A DNA stretch of 64,000 nt from Bugula neritina (lineage: Eukaryota > Animalia > Bryozoa), in NCBI GenBank assembly GCA_964035545.1, contig OZ037773.1:1827751-1891750 (forward strand). Direction: 5' to 3'. The position numbers and the translations under genes are program-made. Positions 61,301 through 64,000 of this stretch are shown in pieces; positions within the stretch are counted from its first letter, which is position 1; each line of letters begins with the position of its first letter. A model generated the notes under the pieces. It did no database searches. It saw only the letters and a list, made by a program, of their open reading frames with translations, and was not told where the DNA came from.

Positions 61301-64000
61301 ATAGTATGTAAAGTATATAGTATATATAGTATATAGTATATAAAGTATATAGTATATAAAGTATACAGTATATATAGTATATAGTATATATAGTATATAA
61401 AGTATATAGTATATAAAGTATATACTATATAAAGTATATAGTATATAAAGTATATAGTATATAAAGTATATAGTATGTAAAGTATATAGTATATAAAGTA
61501 TATAGTATATAAAGTATATAGTATATAAAGTATATAGTATATAAAGTATATAGTATATAAAGTATATAGTATATAAAGTATATAGTATATAAAGTATATA
61601 CTATATAAAGTATATAGTATATAAAGTATATAGTATATAAAGTATATAGTATGTAAAGTATATAGTATATAAAGTATATAGTATATAAAGTATATAGTAT
61701 ATAAAGTATATAGTATATAAAGTATATAGCATACAAAGTATATAGTATATAAAGTATATAGTATATATAGTATATAGTATATAAAGTATATAGTATATAA
61801 AGTATATAGTATATAAATTATAAAGTATATAGTATATAAAGTATATAGTATATAAAGTATATAGTATATAAAGTATATAGTATATATAGTATATACTATA
61901 TAAAGTATATAGTATATAAAGTATATAGTATACAGTATATAAAGTATATAGTATATAAAGTATATAGTATATGAAGTATATAGTATATAAAGTATATAGT
62001 ATATAAAGTATATAGTATACAGTATATAAAGTATATAGTATATAAAGTATATAGTATATAAAGTATATAGTATATAAAGTATATAGTATATAAAGTATAT
62101 AGTATATAAAGTATATAGTATATATAGTATATAGTATATATAGTATATAAAGTATATAGTATATAAAGTATATAGTATATAAAGTATATAGTATATAAAG
62201 TATATAGTATATAAAATATATAGTATATATAGTATATAGTATATAAAGTATATAGTATATAAAGTATATAGTATATAAATTATAAAGTATATAGTATATA
62301 AAGTATATAGTATATAAAGTATATAGTATATAAAGTATATAGTATATAAAGTATATAGTATATATAGTATATACTATATAAAGTATATAGTATATAAAGT
62401 ATATAGTATACAGTATATAAAGTATATAGTATATAAAGTATATAGTATATGAAGTATATAGTATATAAAGTATATAGTATATAAAGTATATAGTATACAG
62501 TATATAAAGTATATAGTATATAAAGTATATAGTATATAAAGTATATAGTATATAAAGTATATACTATATAAAGTATATAGTATATAAAGTATATAGTATA
62601 TAAAGTATATAGTATATAAAGTATATAGTATATAAAGTATATACTATATAAAGTATATAGTATATAAAGTATATAGTATATAAAGTATATAGTATATAAA
62701 GTATATAGTATATAAAGTATATAGTATATATAGTATATAGTATATATAGTATATAAAGTATATAGTATATAAAGTATATAGTATATAAAGTATATAGTAT
62801 ATAAAGTATATAGTATATAAAGTATATAGTATATATAGTATATACTATATAAAGTATATAGTATATAAAGTATATAGTATATAAAGTATATAGTATATAT
62901 AGTATATACTATATAAAGTATATAGTATATAAAGTATATAGTATACAGTATATAAAGTATATAGTATATAAAGTATATAGTATATGAAGTATATAGTATA
63001 TGAAGTATATAGTATATAAAGTATATAGTATATAAAGTATATAGTATACAGTATATAAAGTATATAGTATATAAAGTATATAGTATATGAAGTATATAGT
63101 ATATAAAGTATATAGTATATAAAGTATATAGTATATAAAGTATATAGTATATAAAGTATATAGTATATAAAGTATATAGTATATAAAGTATATAGTATAT
63201 AAAGTATATAGTATATAAAGTATGTAGTATATAAAGTATATAGTATATAAAGTATATAGTATGTAAAGTATATAGTATATAAAGTATATAGTATATAAAG
63301 TATATAGTATGTAAAGTATATAGTATATGAACACAATGGTATGATGCAGGCGGAGAAAGCATCACGTTTGTTTTCATGACTCGCTCGCACAGTGCTGATG
63401 AAATTAACGCAGACGACACAGTTTCTGAAGATCTAGACATTAATGAAGTGTTTGGTAGAAGTTCTTGTGATGTAGACAGCACTTTAGGGTCAAAGGTCAG
63501 ACATATATGTTATCTGTATCTGTTTATTTTACAGCTGGAGTTACTGCTCACCAACCGGTAGGGAAAAACCTCACTATGATTGGCTAATCACATTTATTAA
63601 ATAATCGTGCAAACTACACAAAGCAATATTTCCTGACCACGCTGTTTATGATTTGCGATAAGGCACCATCTGAATGAAGCTTTCAAAATGCTGATTTGTG
63701 TTTATTTTGTCCTGACTGGTACATTCTAAGTTCTTTTATCCGTGGGTAAGCGATAGACCAGGCTCCATGTCTAATTAGGCTATTCTAGTGACCGCAGTTG
63801 TTTACTTTTCACTTTTTATCACTGTTGCTGTATTTACTTGCAGGCTGATGTCCAGGTTGTAAGATATACATCAGAGCCAAACCTCCGCTCCAGGTCGCCC
63901 AATGAGGTCTCTCCTAGAGTCTGTACCAGTCCACGCTCTCTCACTCTGTTTGCTGACAGCGTGGACATCAATGACAGTGGTGAATTATCTCCTCACCTAC
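16408..64000 (+). CDS. STARD9: Kinesin-3 STARD9/KIF16A-like protein (motor, FHA, coiled coil, long Ser-rich tail); runs off the window end
   Basis: Phase-consistent exon chain: 16408-16454, 16684-16753, 18382-18504, 21627-21735, 22035-22149, 22472-22599, 22788-22857, 23165-23305, 24008-24108, 24768-24992, 25277-25374, 25548-25625, 25859-25987, 26466-26597, 27532-27721, 27961-28043, 28944-29101, 29293-29313, 30919-30972, 33720-33758, 34865-34994, 35494-35584, 35834-35998, 37478-37626, 38070-38381, 38558-38733, 39001-39325, 39617-39774, 40533-40765, 42743-42931, 44016-44088, 44522-44652, 45088-45149, 45404-45509, 45794-45912, 47236-47381, 48630-48656, 53921-53991, 54668-54812, 55040-55200, 55807-55962, 56156-56347, 56594-56926, 57082-57160, 57356-57628, 58561-58651, 58761-59139, 59539-59712, 59854-59964, 60365-60412, 60520-60660, 63350-63495, 63844->64000. 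STARD9 is favoured over KIF16B by [27 protein letters not shown], the Ser-rich loop-12 insert and the very long tail. Tail exons rest on splice signals and frame only. Confidence 0.8.
17424..17715. repeat. 36-bp minisatellite containing AAGTAAGT
   Basis: About 8 units of ATAAAGTAAGTAGTGTATTGTCATAGTATATTTACT. Confidence 0.9.
18540..18872. repeat. (GTA/GTG/ATA)n compound trinucleotide repeat
   Basis: Read directly. Confidence 0.95.
22202..22412. mobile_element. Tc1/mariner-superfamily (Tigger-like) MITE
   Basis: TA|CAGTGCTCTCTACATATCT ... AGATACAGAGGGAGCGCTG|TA: imperfect inverted ends flanked by TA. Confidence 0.5.
23304..23482. repeat. 20-bp minisatellite AGGTAAGTTACAGTAGATGT spanning the donor of kinesin exon 8
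   Basis: About 8 units, some degenerate. Confidence 0.9.
24121..24435. repeat. 23-bp minisatellite TATATTATGTAATCATATTCTAG
   Basis: Read directly. Confidence 0.85.
26466..28043 (+). CDS. STARD9: Kinesin-3 FHA-domain exons
   Basis: [22 protein letters not shown] | VGTTTIG...[16 protein letters not shown]...[14 protein letters not shown] | [24 protein letters not shown], the KIF16-type FHA region. Confidence 0.92.
26581..27492. repeat. 30-bp minisatellite TAATATATCATATCAGA|GTATGTATTACAG (about 30 copies) spanning the exon-14 donor
   Basis: The first unit comprises the last 17 nt of exon 14 plus the 5' splice site. Confidence 0.97.
28096..28238. repeat. 13-bp minisatellite CACAGTATATATT
   Basis: Read directly. 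Confidence 0.9.
29364..29377. promoter_or_regulatory. RFX X-box motif in a kinesin intron
   Basis: GTTGCTATGGTAAC matches the X-box consensus GTTRCYATGGNAAC. Confidence 0.5.
29844..30070. mobile_element. hAT (Charlie-like) MITE
   Basis: Terminal inverted repeats CAGGGGTGGGCAACT / AGTTGCCCACCCCTC, internal GGGCC motifs, and 8-bp flanks ATATATAG / ATATATAT. Confidence 0.8.
30076..30293 (-). mobile_element. tRNA-derived SINE, copy 2
   Basis: Minus strand reads GGGAGCAGCTGTGGTCTAGAGGTTAGAGCG...GGGTTTGAACCCC, then AGGAAGTGCATCCAG...TGTGCC. Homologous to copy 1. Confidence 0.87.
30480..30890. repeat. 21-bp minisatellite AGTATAGAGTATAGAATACAC
   Basis: Read directly. Confidence 0.85.
30993..31633. 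repeat. 42-bp minisatellite (about 15 copies)
   Basis: Unit ATTATATATCTGTATATATTCTTATATCATACATCTCAACAT; the ORF track shows the matching 14-aa period. Confidence 0.93.
35664..35800. mobile_element. Short foldback/MITE with ~43-bp imperfect terminal inverted repeats
   Basis: Left end CTATAAGCAGCTCTGATTTGGGGGTGACTGAGTGCAATAGTTT versus the reverse complement of the right end, CTATAAGCAGCTCCGAGTTGGAGGTGACTGAGTGCCATAGTTT. The end GGAGCTGCTTATAG recurs at 14714-14727. Confidence 0.75.
36345..37360 (+). mobile_element. 5'-truncated LINE (CR1/L2/Crack-type reverse transcriptase C-terminus)
   Basis: [10 protein letters not shown] (FADD at 36353-36364) is in frame with ORF 36404-36958 ([49 protein letters not shown]). 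A frameshifted [10 protein letters not shown] follows, then a (CAAA)n tail near 37340-37355. Confidence 0.9.
37850..38069. repeat. 19-bp minisatellite TGTG(T/C)TGACAGTACAATGA ending at a 3' splice site
   Basis: About 11 units, running into GTGTTCTCTAG|exon 38070. Confidence 0.92.
40770..42625. repeat. 27-bp minisatellite (about 68 copies) with higher-order structure
   Basis: Unit TGAATATATAGT(C/T)AGTATACTGTGTG(G/T); a marker variant recurs at 40911, 41208 and 41910. Confidence 0.97.
44695..44972. repeat. G-rich degenerate repeat (GTGTTGGGGGTAGAG)
   Basis: Read directly; multiple G4-G6 runs. Confidence 0.8.
46003..47165. repeat. 19-bp minisatellite ACTCACATGTCACTCTACT (about 60 copies)
   Basis: Read directly. 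Confidence 0.96.
47536..47549. promoter_or_regulatory. Palindromic RFX X-box motif
   Basis: GTTGTCATGACAAC is a perfect 14-bp palindrome. Confidence 0.45.
48050..48308. repeat. 32-bp minisatellite with internal palindrome GTGACA-TT-TGTCAC
   Basis: About 8 units of TCTGATGTGACATTTGTCACTAGGTGCTCTCT. Confidence 0.88.
48769..49150. repeat. 40-bp minisatellite (about 9 copies)
   Basis: Unit GTATAATATACTAGTATATACAGAGTATGTGTTATATACT. Confidence 0.93.
49843..51020. repeat. Compound (TATAC/ACTGT) satellite
   Basis: Read directly. Confidence 0.93.
52494..52500 (+). promoter_or_regulatory. TATA box of a candidate internal promoter
   Basis: TATAAAT, followed about 25-30 nt later by an Inr-like CTTCACAGT; it lies 53 nt before the MGGC ATG. 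Confidence 0.45.
52547..52608 (+). CDS. Candidate alternative first (or cassette) coding exon [20 protein letters not shown](L) of the kinesin locus
   Basis: ATG at 52547 and a GTAAGA donor at 52609 in phase 2, matching the phase-2 acceptor at 53921. TATAAAT lies at 52494. An AG at 52544-45 would also allow in-frame internal use. Confidence 0.6.
54203..54418 (-). mobile_element. tRNA-derived SINE, copy 3, with a 17-bp target-site duplication
   Basis: Homologous to copies 1 and 2; TATTGCTATAGCATATA occurs at 54186-54202 and 54420-54436. Confidence 0.87.
55201..55540. repeat. 12-bp minisatellite GTACTATACTCT, starting at the donor GTACGT
   Basis: Read directly. Confidence 0.95.
59163..59465. 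repeat. 27-bp minisatellite CTGCAGTTACTCTACAGAGTGAATCTG
   Basis: Read directly. Confidence 0.92.
60047..60211 (-). mobile_element. tRNA-derived SINE, copy 4 (diverged, partial)
   Basis: CCCTGATGG...TGTGGCACAAGAGTAATTATGACCAGATACTC...GGGATTCGAACCC; the minus strand gives a perfect B box GGGTTCGAATCCC. Confidence 0.75.
60750..63330. repeat. 16-bp satellite GTATATAAAGTATATA (about 2.3 kb) with a degenerate 5' part
   Basis: Read directly. The variant AAATT at 61815 and 62277 marks an internal ~462-bp duplication. Confidence 0.96.

Noticed and set aside
61425-63482. Long Y/I/L/T-rich minus-strand ORFs
   Set aside because: Stop-free frames of a 16-bp AT-rich satellite; no protein-like features.
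57000-64000. START or PX domain of the kinesin
   Set aside because: Not visible in the window; the gene continues past 64000.

Overview
This is intron-rich, AT-rich animal (invertebrate-like) genomic DNA, not prokaryotic. I reconstructed three spliced genes by hand from GT/AG sites and codon phase. (1) A complete 25-exon NEMF/Rqc2 gene (+, 439-10520). (2) A complete 8-exon RDH11/12-like short-chain dehydrogenase (-, 11077-14351), convergent with NEMF. (3) A kinesin-3 gene with STARD9/KIF16A hallmarks (+, 16408 to beyond the window, more than 50 exons), with motor, FHA, coiled coil and a long Ser-rich tail; no START domain is seen yet. Introns hold many minisatellites, four copies of a tRNA-derived SINE, several MITEs and a 5'-truncated LINE. 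Two observations stand out. First, the kinesin locus appears to hide a TATA-preceded exon encoding [20 protein letters not shown] (a myristoyl/palmitoyl/polybasic anchor) that splices in frame to a tail carrying an AKAP-type PKA-RII helix. This suggests motor-bearing and motor-less, membrane-anchored AKAP isoforms from one gene. Second, many minisatellites are tandem amplifications of the adjacent splice site itself. All exon models and functions are predictions from sequence only.
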